Part shown: in pieces, positions 26,376 to 39,288 of the stretch
Layout: every line of letters starts with the position of its first letter
How positions within the stretch are numbered: the stretch's first letter is position 1
NCBI GenBank assembly: GCA_051294905.1
Contig: CM119371.1
Coordinates: 26,104,001-26,168,000 of the forward strand
Reading direction: 5' to 3'
Length of the DNA: 64,000 nt
DNA from: Botryllus schlosseri
Taxonomy: Eukaryota
The notes under the pieces: model-generated
Told to the model about the DNA's origin: nothing
Database searches by the model: none
What the model saw: the letters and a program-made list of their open reading frames with translations, nothing else
Translations under genes and position numbers: made by a program

Positions 26376-27797
26376 AAATTGAAATAAGTTCAATCAGTAC
26401 AGCAGGAGGCCTGCTGGCTACGCGTTTGGTCAATAGTATCGTAATTTTGTCACCATATACACGTGACAGGCGATATTGAACGCTTGCGAGTTGTTTCATT
26501 TGCCAATTCTGATGCACTATGACGTTAACCCTTTATGACGTCATCGATCCCGCATACCTAGGAAAAATTAGAGTTCAGCGCCTATGAATGTGGAAACTAG
26601 GATTCTCAGGCACTGTCCACTCTGTATACAGTGTGTGCTAAAATCTTCAAGTTTAGTCCTGCTGTCGATTGTAGCCAGTGTTGATATCAATTCACCACCT
26701 TTGGCTCCTTTTCTATACACAACAATATGACCATCACCAATAAGTGTTTCTGGCGAACATGTTGAAATTTAATGTGTTCATAATGGGTTTAGGGCGGACA
26801 TGGACAACTAGAAAACATTTCACAAAACAGAGTAGAATCTGTATTTGAGCCAGTGATGGGATCAAGTCTCTGCCTTCGAGTCATCTCGAGTCATTGCAAA
26901 TTTTGACTCGAGTCAAGTCAATCGCTTTTAGAAGGTGACTCGAGTTAAGTCACTCGGTTTTTGGAGGTTACTCGAGTCAAGTCAAGTCACGATTCAAGTC
27001 AAATTGAATTTTCGAAGTATGAGTGATGATGAAAAGTCATTACATTTAGCTGACTGTGTGAAAGGCAGATTAATTGACCAAAAAGACCATTTATCTTGAA
27101 TCAAATAACAAACATAAAGTTAACTATCGCCCATCCACACACAGAACTGCTAAAATACGCGAGTAACTGTATAGCTACATGTTACACAGTCTGTTATTAT
27201 CAGCCAAAATATAGGATCGAATACGAAGCCTCGAGAAGTTGAAACAAATTGATATTGTACAATACACTACTCGGCTACATATCCGTGAGAATTTAAAAGC
27301 ATAAACTATATACATTTGATTTAAATTATACAAGAAAGTTGGTAACGGTGAGCACTGCGTAATGTAAGCACTTGAGCGGTCTAAGAAACAGAGATGCGTT
27401 CCAATTAGATCAGTGGTTCTCAAGCTTTTTGTCTTCGCGGACCCCTTTCAGACTGCCACGGACCCTCGTGGACCCCCTACCCCGATTTTTAGTTCAAATT
27501 TACCTCAAATATCGTGGAACCGTCATCTATCATTTGCAAATATTAACTGTAGGCCAGTAATAAAGATAAAGAAAATGGGTTTTCCATAAATAATATCATA
27601 CTATTGATGTACAAATGAGAGGACTTTCTGTTGCAAATTCTGTAGCTGCATTTCTTGGAATACGCTGTCGTGCTTGAAAATCCACACCGTCGATTTTGAC
27701 ATGAACAAGTGCAGAAAATCCATTTCCACAACGTCAGGTGGTGGCGAATGTAATAATTAACCGTAGCCCTTTAGAAGACAATTTTTGGTATGATATA

Positions 27798-30719
27798 CCG
27801 TAATTTTTCCAAGTATAGCACGCCCCCATGTATATTACGCACCCCTAAAATAGCATGTAAATTCTGGGAAAAAGCCTGTACCCATGTATAGTGCACACCC
27901 TGCATTTCAGTACATGAATAGTTCCGATTTCGTATACGATGTCATTCTGTTTTGCGATGTCACTCTTGTTGAACTACCATTACACAACGATCGCTAATCA
28001 GTATACAATAAGCGGGATTGTCTTTAAACGATAATAGATAGCAGCCAAAGCCTGCGAGGCGGGCGGCGCGATAGTTTAGACTAGCGACACGACATCTTGA
28101 GCACAAGGAGACCTCTCACAGATGCGATTGCTAATCATTATACAATTAACGGTATTGTCTCTAAACCAGTGGTTCCAAACCTTTTTCGGTGGAAGGGCCA
28201 AATTCAGAATTTCCGAGTACGGTCGGGGCCGCACGAATACCATGGCAACGAAATGAACTCAAAATAGTCACCAAAATATGAAAATTGGCATTGTTTCGAT
28301 CATTCGCTTGACGCCATTGGCCATTGTGTTGCCGTGCTCCCGATGTTCAGAACAATCAACCTTTGGTGGCTATTTCGGAGTAGTTTATTGCCCTGGCGAG
28401 ATTTCAATTCGTTTTTTGGAATCAGTGCAACACTTGCTTTCGATAAACACCGGCATATCAAATTATTCGGACGCTTCAGTCGCGAGCTATAGGACTACCA
28501 ATTATGCTGCCTTTTGCCGGTTAAGCAGTACGCATCTCGGCGTATTCAATCGTGAGTCACTTGTTCCACATCTATCCGTAAATTTAGTTATCAATACCCA
28601 GGGCCGTAACAGCACTTCGTCAGGCCCCCCCGAAACGTTGCTCTTGCTCCCCCCACATAGGGTGATAAACCGATTTTCGAAGCCCCCCCAGACCCCCCTC
28701 AGGCTAAACGTCTGTTTACCGCTATTTATCATCTAAATCGGGTGTCCGTTTTAGGCAGCTACTCTCGACTAATCGCGCCAGGCGCGAAAAATTTCTATAA
28801 TTCATGATTGAATCGGTCAATATAATCGGGAATTGCCTATATAATGGTATCAATTTTTATCCTTTCTCTGCTCACGTAATCAGATTGACCGGTTGAGCCG
28901 AGTGAGTTGTGTTTGAAAAGGTAGGACCACTCAATAATAATTAAACATCTTCGGGCGTATACCCGTTGGCAGGAACGAAACAGCACTTTGTTAGGCCCCC
29001 CAAAACACTTAGATCTTGAGCACCCATAGGGTGATAAACCGACTCCCCGCACCGTTGTTCGCTTCTGCCACGAAATCAGGATCACCGTTTAGTGAGCCAG
29101 CGAGCAGCGCGAAAATTTTCAATAATTCAAACTATAATAGGTCGATAAGATCGGGAATTGCATATATCTTGCTATCAATTACCTGTCCTCTGTTCTCACG
29201 TAACCAGACTTACTGGTAGAGCTGAGTGAGGTGTCTTGGAAACTGTAGGATCCGTAAACAATAATTAAACACTTCGTTACATGATGTTATTTCGTGACCT
29301 CCAGTCTGCTATATCAAAAAATATAGAATCCCCCAAATGTACTAAACTAAAAGATGCACACGATTTCAAATAGATAGTTCTTCACTGGGATATAATTTTT
29401 CCCTGCGGAATGGTAGCCTATTTGTCTCGTGAGGTTCAGATTGCCAAGACAGGAATATTCGGCGCCAGTCATTTAGGCGCATATGGTCAATTATACCTAT
29501 ATGTATTTTGTGTATACATAACGAAGTTTTCGGTCAGCGTAAGGGCAGTCCTTTTTAGTGAAGGTTTTCTCGCTGCCGATCGTTCTGGCACACTTCTTGG
29601 AGTCGCATGTTACATGGCCTAAAACTTTATAGGTCTACGTGCGTCGTGGGACGGTAATGGCCAACGCCGATATGCCTACTTCTATAAATCTTGCGTATTT
29701 GATCTTGGTGGAAGAGTACCCAATAATGAAGGTACTCGGAAACTTGAAATCGCGCTTGAATTTTTGAAACAGTTGCATAAAATTTTATAAAATACTCTAT
29801 AATTTATGCTAATTCACTAATTAATTTTAAGCTACCTTCTAGCTTAAAATACGCAAGGGACTTAGGGTACCTATATCTATACCAATATCTATAGGTAGCC
29901 CCTACTGCTCGTTCAACTGGAAAATTAGGACACATTGCATTGAAACAGCAGTGACGTAACGTTAGCAGTCTAGTCACAACTTTCCTGCAATCCTAATTGA
30001 AAACTCCAGACTTCAAGCCAAGCAAGAGTATTTTATAAATATATTTTTTTCATAAATCGATTTCTCAATATTTTTGTGGGGGCAGCATGAAGGCTAGCTG
30101 GGGGCCGCATGCGGCCCTCGGGGCCGCGGTTGTTGGGAATCACTGCTTTAAACGATAGTAGATAGCAGCCAAAGCCTGCGAGGCCGGCGGCGAGTTAGTT
30201 TAGGCCAACGAACCGACATCTTGCGCGCGATGCCTATTACAGATGCGATTGCGCCTAGGCTAACGGTTATGTCCAGCAGATCTGTTGGAGATGCGATTAT
30301 ATCTTGCGCTAATGGCCTCTTGTATATGTATAAATTGCATATGCGATTGTTCGGGCCTGTCGTTAACGCTATGAATTGGTGAGAATCGCCGCGCGCCAGT
30401 GTCTATTAATGACCTAATTTCACTCGTGTACAAACGGCAACCAACTCAGCAGGAGATCGCGTGCTTGTGCACACGACTCTCGTTAATTGGCAACACGCTT
30501 CCCACTAATTGGCAGCGCGTTTACACTCTATAATACAAATTACTACTTGCGATGGCTGAAAGTGGTGCACGATTGGAAACAAACAGGAAGATAGGTGTGA
30601 TTTCAAGTTTTTTATCGGAAGAGATTTTTTTTCAAGGCTTGTACCCATTTATAATACGCACACCCTATTTTAAGCAGAAAATCGTGAAAATTTTGCGCAT
30701 TATACATCGAAAATTACGG
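27798..30719. mobile_element. non-autonomous Tc1/mariner (Tc2/Kanga-like) element
   Basis: TA|CCGTAATTTT ... AAAATTACGG|TA, i.e. TA TSD. Same family directly follows the ZF exons (35399, 40624). Confidence 0.75.
28167..30145. mobile_element. hAT/Buster MITE nested in the Tc2-like element
   Basis: CAGTGGTTCCAAAC / GTTGGGAATCACTG; TSD ctctaaac / ctttaaac. Confidence 0.8.
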
Positions 30720-30908
30720 TATATGGCAAAATTTCATCTAAGGCGGTCATTACGTTTATGTCAGTCCCGAAGTTTGAACAGTTATGAAGCGAAGCGAAAC
30801 TACCTCGTGATCTCTCTAATTAAAAAAATAAAAATTTGGTTTTCAACGATTTTGCAAATTTGGAGGATTCACGGACCCGTGGCTGAGAACCACTGTATTG
30901 GATTAACC

Positions 30909-31777
30909 CAGTGGTTCTCAACCTTTTCTGTCTTCGCGGACCCCTTAAGTTTTCGTTCAAATTTATCTCAATTATCGTGCAACGGTGATATGACTTGCGC
31001 AAAATTTAACTGTACAATAGTGATAAACAGCAACAAAATGGCTTATCTTAAAAACATTATCATACATTATGTAGAAATTGCAGTGTTTACCAGCAACAAA
31101 ATGACTTATAAATAATAACATTCATTATGTAGAAATTGCATTGATTTTGTTATTTCAAACCGAATTTTGCAGGTGCATTCATTGAAATAAGTGGTCGTGT
31201 CTTGAAAACTCGTGCTTTTGATTTGATATGAACGAGTGCTGCAAATCCATTTCCTTGAAGATAGGTGACAGGGAATGTAATATTAACATGTAACGCTTTC
31301 GACGACACCGTAAGGCTTCAAAATTGAGAACCATATTGTTGAATGATCGTGCGGCTTAGCCATTCCTATCTAGCAGTTCATTTTGAAGTGATTCTTGAAT
31401 AGAGGGTTAATCTATGTTTATTACAGAACAAAATGGTTCGAAAATGTCCATTTCTTGCGACTGCTCATGCTCAATAGTTTGCTGAGACTGGCAACTTGTA
31501 AAAATTTCAAAGTAACCGGATTGACCTTAGTACTCTAAGTTTATACTTCATCACAAACCCTGTCTATTTATCAATTAAAATGAATATGTATAGTAGAATA
31601 TTTCATTTCCGACGGCCATTTTTGTAATGCGAGTCGTAAAGTTTTACTAGTTAGGAAGCGATTCTGTCTCGTGATTTACCTTATTAAAAAGATACAAATT
31701 AGTATAACAATCATTTTGCAAATTTGGAGGTCTCGCGGACCCCAAAATGCTTCGTGACCCCCGGTTGAGAACCACTG
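30909..31777 (-). mobile_element. hAT/Buster derivative, inverted relative of 14432-15372
   Basis: CAGTGGTTCTCAACC termini; flanks gattaacc / tatcaacc; internal homology to 14432-15372. Confidence 0.8.
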
Positions 31778-32007
31778 TATCAACCTATACTACTACTGCG
31801 ACCACATAAACTTGATCATTTTGTTTGTGGTCAATTTATTTATGACGTAACAATGGAGGATCGGTGAAACCTACCTTCAGTGACTGACTGGTCGCTCTCA
31901 CAAGTGACATCAGCGTATCGCGAACATTCCGAACTATCCCATGGTACATCGTTTATTTGATGAATCGAAATTGTCTCGTAAATTTTGCTTCGAGTCACGA
32001 GTCAACC

Positions 32008-32292
32008 CGACAAGATAGCGTAATGGTGAACCGTCCGGCTTCTGTATCGGTAGGTCCCGGGTTCGATCGCGGCCGGGTCAGATATAAGAGCTGATTAGGG
32101 ATTAGTAGATTAGATAGCATGGATGGGTGGTGCAAGACTAGGAATGCCGTAAAAGGCTGTATCGTCACCTTCCTTGTCCAGCGGCATACGGTATGTACAT
32201 CGTGTACTCATGCACAGATCGTGAGTGCCTATCATGAGTCAGTGTATATGCCACAAAAACATCAAGGACAAACATGAACTATGTCATTTACT
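32008..32292 (+). mobile_element. tRNA-derived SINE
   Basis: A-box TAGCGTAATGG, B-box GGTTCGATCGC; homologous to 4745-5072; empty site visible in the related element at ~47010-47030. Confidence 0.75.
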
Positions 32293-33394
32293 CTACAATC
32301 CACATTTCTGAAGTGCTGAGTCAAGTCAAGTCATACGAAAAACTTGACTAAAGTCGGACTCGAGTCAAGTCGTTAATCCAGTAATTTTAGAAATTATACT
32401 AAAACTATATTACCGGCATGTTGCTCTAATTAGTGTCATTAAATAACTATAATTATCTAGCTGTACATGTGCGGTTAAGGGATTTGGTATCGTAGGATTG
32501 GGTTTAGTTTAGGAGTTGGGGCCACTGAACCACTCATGAAAGCCATAAATGTTGACACAGTCACGTGGAACCGTGATTAGTGATTGTCATGTTGTTGTGC
32601 ATTTGTTAATCGCGTGTTTCAAGCTGTGTTCAATGAAAAGGGATACATAATCTTAAGAGATGGGATGTCATAGACCTGAATTTATGAATTGGGTCCAATT
32701 CACGTTAATTATTTAGATGTCAATTAATTATGCACTGAGTCAACTTACTTTTATGATTGGTAGTCTTGCAGTAATGTGTATTAAGACAGCTTATGTTGTG
32801 CCATAGCCGTTGTGGTGACGTGGGGCTTCTGACAGGAACGACTAGCTACAAACTAGCAGGAAAATGTTTCTTTTCAACCTACATAAAAAGTAGAAGTAGC
32901 GCCATTAATGTGTATATTATTACTGAGCAAATTACTTCAAGGCATAGGATAGGCTAGTCATTGAATCTGCTCAATGTTCATGGTCACCACAGGTACATCT
33001 TTTGATGGTTTTTGGATAATTTCTGCAATTCATTTGTAAATATGCACTGAAGTGCGCCATTGTGACTCAGTGTTGGTTTTTTCTCGTGTTATGAATGATT
33101 TTTTACTGAAATGATCGAAAATTTATATAACAATAGTTCTCTTGAGGATATAAGACTACATTACAATGTAATATAATGATTTTTACACTCTCATTGATGA
33201 AGTCATCATTTCCATGCTGTTGATAGTATTGTATGTTGTACTCTATCCCATTATGGTTTTTGCCGTGTCTACAATCTTATAATGCTCTTTCTTTAAAATA
33301 TTGCCACACCTTCATGCCTTGCAGATGTGGCGATACTATAAATGAACTAAGTTTATATGCTGAAATGCTGAAATTCTGTGAGCCTTTTCTTTAG

Positions 33395-35395
33395 TGCCAC
33401 GAAGAAAAGCAAGCTGCGGATCTAGTATCAACTATTGATCACGACTTGAAACAACGACGATTCGATATATATTGGAAAGCATTTGCCACGAATAGTAACC
33501 TCGAATGTCATATGGATATGCATAGTGGAATAAAAAATCCTGAATGTGATGTGTGTGGGAAAGCATTCACTAAGAAGCCTTACCTCAATAGTCATATGGA
33601 TATGCATGCTGGCATCAAAAATCATACATGTGCTATATGTGGAAAAGCATTCTCTCAGAAGGGTCACCTCAATCTTCATATGGATATGCATGCTGGAATC
33701 AAACATGTTTGTGATATATGTGGTAAAGCATTCACTCAGAAGCGCACCCTCAATTTGCATATGGATAAGCATGCTGGAATCAAAAATCATGTTTGTGATG
33801 TATGTGGTAAAGCATTCACCCGGAAGGACGCCCTGAAGTTGCATACGGATAAGCATGCTGGAATCAAAAATCATGAATGTGATGTGTGTGGGAAAGCATT
33901 CACTAAGAAGTCTTACCTCAAGAGTCATATGGATATGCATGCTGGCATCAAAAATCATGTTTGTGATATATGTGGTAAAGCATTCACTCAGAAGGGTACC
34001 CTCAATTTACATATGGATAAGCATACTGGGATCAGAAATCATACATGTGCTATATGTGGTAAAGCATTCACTGAGAAGGGTACCCTCAAGCTTCATCTTG
34101 ATAAGCATGCTGGTATCAAAAATCATGTTTGTGATTTATGTGGGAAAGCATTTACCGAGAAGGGTACCCTCAAGCTTCATCTGGATAAGCATGCTGGCAT
34201 CAAGTATCATGTTTGTGATATATGCGGGAAAGCATTTACTGTGAAGGGCAGCCTCAAGGAACATATGGATATGCATGCTGGCATCAAAAATCATGTTTGC
34301 GATATATGTGGTAAAGCATTCACTCAGAAGGGTACCCGCAATTTGCATATGGATAAGCATGCTGGAATCAAAAATCATACTTGTGCTATATGTGATAAAG
34401 CATTTACTGTGAAGGGCCACCTCAAGGAACATATGGACAGGCATGCTGGCATCAAAAATCATGTTTGTGATATATGTGGGAAAGCATTGACCAAGAAGAG
34501 TCAGCTCAAGCTTCATATGGATATGCATACTGGCATCAAAAATCATGTTTGTGATATATGTGGGAAAGCATTTACCAAGAAGAGTCAGCTCAAGCTTCAT
34601 CTGGATAAGCATGCTGGCATCAAAAATCATGTTTGTGATATATGTGGAAAAGCATTTACCGAGAAGGGTACCCTCACGCTTCATCTGGATAAGCATGCTG
34701 GCATCAAGAATCATGTTTGTGATATATGCGGGAAAGCATTTACTGTGAAGGGCCACCTCAAGGAACATATGAATATGCATGCTGGCATCAAAAATCATGT
34801 TTGTGATATATGTGGTAAAGCATTCACTCAGAAAGGTGCCCTCAATTTGCATATGGATAAGCATGCTGGAATCAAAAATCATACTTGTGCTATATGTGAT
34901 AAAGCATTTACTGTGAAGGGCCGCCTCAAGGAACATATGGATATGCATGCTGACATCAAAAATCATGTTTGTGATATATGCGGAAAAGCATTCATTCAAA
35001 AAGGCCACTTCAAGGAACATATGAATATGCATGCTGGCATCAAAAATCATGTTTGTGATATATGTGGTAAAGCATTCACTCAGAAAGGTGCCCTCAATTT
35101 GCATATGGATAAGCACGCTGGAATCAAAAATCATACTTGTGCTATATGTGATAAAGCATTTACTGTGAAGGGCCGCCTCAAGGAACATATGGATATGCAT
35201 GCTGACATCAAAAATCATGTTTGTGATATATGCGGAAAAGCATTCATTCAAAAAGGCCACTTCAAGGAACATATGGATATGCATGCTGGCATCAAAAATC
35301 ATAAATGTGACATATGTCGAAAAGCATTTACTGTGAAGAGCAACCTCAAGCATCATATGGATAATGCATGCTGGCACCGAAATTCACTATTGTGA
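33395..35395 (+). CDS. terminal exon of tandem C2H2 zinc-finger protein (21 intact fingers)
   Basis: Acceptor ttttctttag at 33394, in frame CHEEKQAADLVSTIDHDL; 28-aa C-x2-C-x12-H-x3-H repeats with HAGIKNH linkers; leading degenerate finger; last finger frameshifted. Confidence 0.9.
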   Translation, partial: CHEEKQAADLVSTIDHDLKQRRFDIYWKAFATNSNLECHMDMHSGIKNPECDVCGKAFTKKPYLNSHMDMHAGIKNHTCAICGKAFSQKGHLNLHMDMHAGIKHVCDICGKAFTQKRTLNLHMDKHAGIKNHVCDVCGKAFTRKDALKLHTDKHAGIKNHECDVCGKAFTKKSYLKSHMDMHAGIKNHVCDICGKAFTQKGTLNLHMDKHTGIRNHTCAICGKAFTEKGTLKLHLDKHAGIKNHVCDLCGKAFTEKGTLKLHLDKHAGIKYHVCDICGKAFTVKGSLKEHMDMHAGIKNHVCDICGKAFTQKGTRNLHMDKHAGIKNHTCAICDKAFTVKGHLKEHMDRHAGIKNHVCDICGKALTKKSQLKLHMDMHTGIKNHVCDICGKAFTKKSQLKLHLDKHAGIKNHVCDICGKAFTEKGTLTLHLDKHAGIKNHVCDICGKAFTVKGHLKEHMNMHAGIKNHVCDICGKAFTQKGALNLHMDKHAGIKNHTCAICDKAFTVKGRLKEHMDMHADIKNHVCDICGKAFIQKGHFKEHMNMHAGIKNHVCDICGKAFTQKGALNLHMDKHAGIKNHTCAICDKAFTVKGRLKEHMDMHADIKNHVCDICGKAFIQKGHFKEHMDMHAGIKNHKCDICRKAFTVKSNLKHHMDNACWHRNSLL

Positions 35396-35398
35396 TAT

Positions 35399-36100
35399 AC
35401 CCTAATTTTCCATTTACAGGCTTATACACCCCCTTGTATAATATACACCCTGAAAATGGTATGTAGATTCTGGAAATAAGCTTGTACCCATGTGTAATAT
35501 CCACCCTGCACTCACAGCACATGAATAGTACATGCGTAAATAGCGAATATACAAGTTTCTCGTATTGACGAACTTGCGCGTATGATAAGTTACCAGCGAT
35601 GATTATGTTTTAGTATTACTGGAAATCGATTACGCACCCATTGTAATCTGCTCGCAGCGATTCGATTTCATTCTGTTTTGCGATGTCACTGCTAAGCGAT
35701 CATGAGATAACGATCCCTAATCGTTATACACTTAACGGTATTGTCTCTAAACGATAGCAGCCAAAGCCTGCGAGGCTTGTGACGCAATAATTCAGGCCAG
35801 CGACGATATTTTGCGCAAGATCACTATCACAAATGTGATTGCTCGGGCCAACCATTAGGTCGATATCGTGCGCACCATGCCTGTTGGGGATGCGACTGTT
35901 CAGGCCTGTCGATGACGCGTAATTGTCCAGGTCCAAGCACGCAGCTCGCTAATCGGCAGCGCGTAACACTGATAATACAAATTACTGGGCACGATGGCTG
36001 AATGTGATGCGGGATTGATAACAAGCATGTAGAAAGGTGTGATTTGAAGTTTTATTTCGAGGGATATTTTTTCATGCGTAATGCGCATCCCCCTATTACA
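35399..36100. mobile_element. Tc2-like element remnant just after the ZF1 stop
   Basis: Homologous to 27798-30719 (TACCCTAATTTTCC...GTACCCATG...); right end not found. Confidence 0.65.
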
Positions 36101-37089
36101 ACGGTCAGATAATCTTACTCGTGTTTGTGACTTCAATCACATAAACAAAACTAAATACAGCTGAAAGAGAGACAGCAAGGTATCTTGACCTTAATCACCA
36201 AAGCGAAAGTGCATGCAGATCATATTACAGCACGGGTCAGATCTCTCCATTTTACGCTCGAATACGAACACTCGAATGGTGAGGATACGCAACTGAATTA
36301 TAGTCTGTTGCCATTTGTATCAATTGTTCATCTTGTTTTTGAACACGATCTGGATTAATTTTCTTTAAATCAATATGATATCTACTGTCTGAAAAAGATG
36401 TTGTAGTATTTTTGGTGTTTAGAGATGGTAAAGACCAATCAATGTTCGAGCTTGTGCGATTACATCACGCGAATAACAGTGGCCCGACGCAGGCTTAGGA
36501 TCGCAATCAAAATGCATTCTTGAATGCGTTTGCGGTTTAAAAGTGACAATTGCGAATTGTCCAGATCACGACTATATCTTCTCGTAAGTACATCGAACAG
36601 AGATATAGCACTATCACGCACCACGAGTCATGGAGCGGCCTGATTTTCGTAGCCTCCAATGTTATTACTACTGGCCAAGCGCGTTGAAACAGGTTAATCA
36701 GCAGATGCGTCAGAGGCCTGAGACACGAAAAGAAATTTGATCAATACATGATTGATTCCACATATAACATTTGATTAGTACGATCTGTTTTGGTACCGTA
36801 GAGGGATGTGATATCTCCAACGATACAAGCCTAGGTCACGTGCTTGTTAGAACACGCAATGGTGAGATCTTCGGCGGCAATGTAACATGATCCACTAATT
36901 GCTCCCTCTGTCACAGACGAGAGAGGAATAGGAGGAGAAGGGGTATCACCGTATTGTTCCGTGAAAACGCTCATTGGGCATGTAATCACGAATGAGCATT
37001 GAGTAATTTATACTAAGATAATAACAGCGAGAGTTGAGCTGGGAACGGGGAACATTGGACACCTATTACCCTCCCTCCCCCTGAATACG

Positions 37090-37400
37090 CACCTGGTCGT
37101 ATGGATCTGCATGCTGGTATCAAAAATCATACCATAATTTTGAAACGTTCTGAAATTGCCAACATCAAACATCATGTCCATATGGATTAACATGTTTAGT
37201 TCGAAAGTCATGCATGGTCCTGGTCAGGTGATGAAAGGTCTGAAGATTTCGAAATGACCTCCAGTACCGGTATTAAAACTCATTTGGGCCTAGAACATGT
37301 TGTTATAATCAATCACAAATCTGCTAATGTAGGAAGGCATACTTGGTGACTTATCGAATCTCAAAGAGTTGCAAATTCATAGAGATGCCGGAATACGTTT
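37090..37400 (+). pseudogene. orphan decayed zinc-finger repeats
   Basis: ATGGATCTGCATGCTGGTATCAAAAATCAT (MDLHAGIKNH) plus further eroded finger-like sequence; duplicate at ~42615-42710 and ~43437-43650. Confidence 0.6.
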
Positions 37401-39288
37401 ATTTCAGTCTGGAGCTGGACATGATCGAGTACATGAGTGATTCGAGTCGTGTGTGATGTAGCTACCTCGCTGCTAGCAGTGCCAAGTCATGGCCCTGAAG
37501 AGTGAACGTATTACTACGTTTCTCTGGTTATCATACTGTATTAGCCCACATATTGTTCATGTATATTTTACGATACTCGTGCAACGTATTGCATTAACAC
37601 TGGTCACTATGAAAGAGAAAGCTATTGTTCTACGTTTTTGATTATTGATGTACATTTGTTGACAGTCGTTGTACATTTCATGAATATCGTTGTGATCGGT
37701 TTTCGTTTAGATTTTGGGGGTTCCAGTTCCATGAGCAGAATATAATTTATATATTAATAATCAGTACTGCGGCAGCTTCTCATTGATACCCGTTTTAGCG
37801 CTCGACAAGCCGGCCAAAAATGCTCGTAAAATTGCCTTTGGACAAATAGAAAGTATGACGTAAACCAAATGCAGTCAGCCGTCCAATCTCGCTGTGCCCA
37901 CACCATTTAGGACACCATGCTTTCACCCCTAATGGGGTGGGCTGGATCCAGATTAAGAAACCTGCCTTTCACAAACGCTCTTCTCGCTTGTAACGCGATC
38001 CTGTTAACACAACACCATGAACGAAATACACTATTTGGCAGGCCGTGATATTTTTGGCATATGCCAAAAATTGCTTATTTGTGGCATTTTCAAATTTTTA
38101 TTTTGGGCAGTTTTGGCATGTGGCTCCTGAAATGCCAAAAATAACACGGCCTGACTATGTCCCTTACTCTACAATCCACATTTTTGAAGTGCTGAGTCAA
38201 GTCAAGTAATACGAAAAAGTTGACTAAACTCTGACTTGAGTCAAAACATGAATCGAGTCATCCCAACACTGATTAGAGCGGACAAATATTTCAGAAATTA
38301 GACTAAAATTATATTACCGGCATGTTGCTCTAATTAGTGTCAATAAATAACTATAATTATCTAGCTGTACATGTGCGGTTAAGGGATTTGGTATCGTAGG
38401 ATTGGGTTTAGTTTGGGCCACTGAACCACTCATGAAAGCCATAAATGTTGGCACAGTCACGTGGAACCGTGATTAGTGATGGTCATGTTGTTGTGCATTT
38501 GTTAATCGCGTGTTACAAGCTATGTTCAATGAAAAGGGATACATAATCTTAAGAGATAAATTTTCATAGACCAAAATTTATGAATTGGGTGCAATTCACG
38601 TTAATTATTCAGATGTCAATTAATTATGCACTGAGTCAACTTACTTTTATGATTGTTAATCTTGCAGTAATGTGTATTAAGACAGCTTATGATGTGCCAT
38701 AGCCGTTGTGGTGACGTGGGGCTTCTGACAGGAACGACAAGCTACAAACTAGCAGGAAAATGTTTCTTTTCAACCTACATAAAAAGTAGAAGTAGCGCCG
38801 TTAATGTGTAAATTATTACTAAGCAATTTACTTCAAGGCGTAGGATAGGCTATTCATTGAATCTGCTCAATGTTCATGGTCACCACATGTACATCTTTTA
38901 ATGGTTTTTGGATAATTTCTGCAATTCATTTGTAAATATGCTCCGAAGTGCGCTATTGTCACTTAGTGTTGGGTTTTTTCTCGTGTTATGAATGATTTGT
39001 TTGTAAAATGATCTAAACTTTATGTAAAAATAGTTCTCTTGAGGATGTAAGACTACATTACTATGTAGTATAATGATTTTTACACTCTCATTGATGAAGT
39101 CATTTCCATGCTGTTGATAGTTTTGTATGTTGTACTCTATCCCATTATGGTGATTGCTCTGTCTACAATCTTATAATGCTCTTTCTTTAAGATATTTCCA
39201 CACTTTCATGCATTGCAGATGTGGCGATACTATAAATGAACTAAGTTTATATGCTGAAATGCTGAAATTCTGTGAGCCTTTTCTTTAG

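Larger units (their letters stand above)
27411..30895 (-). mobile_element. hAT/Buster derivative with nested insertions
   Basis: CAGTGGTTCTCAAGC / GCTGAGAACCACTG; flanks aattagat / tattggat. Confidence 0.65.
26851..32372. mobile_element. GACTCGAGTC-family hAT element hosting nested insertions; right end preserved only in the duplicate at ~38271
   Basis: Left end CAGTGATGGGAT; 31800-32370 matches the reverse-oriented copy starting CAGTGTTGGGATGACTCG at 46903, which lacks the SINE. Confidence 0.55.

Noticed and set aside
30552..31115. 187 aa ORF
   Set aside because: Crosses three transposon junctions; chance open frame.
34136..35377. Long antisense ORFs (also 33428-33958, 39322-40605, 44837-45610)
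   Set aside because: Stop-free shadows of the repetitive zinc-finger codons; no independent protein features.
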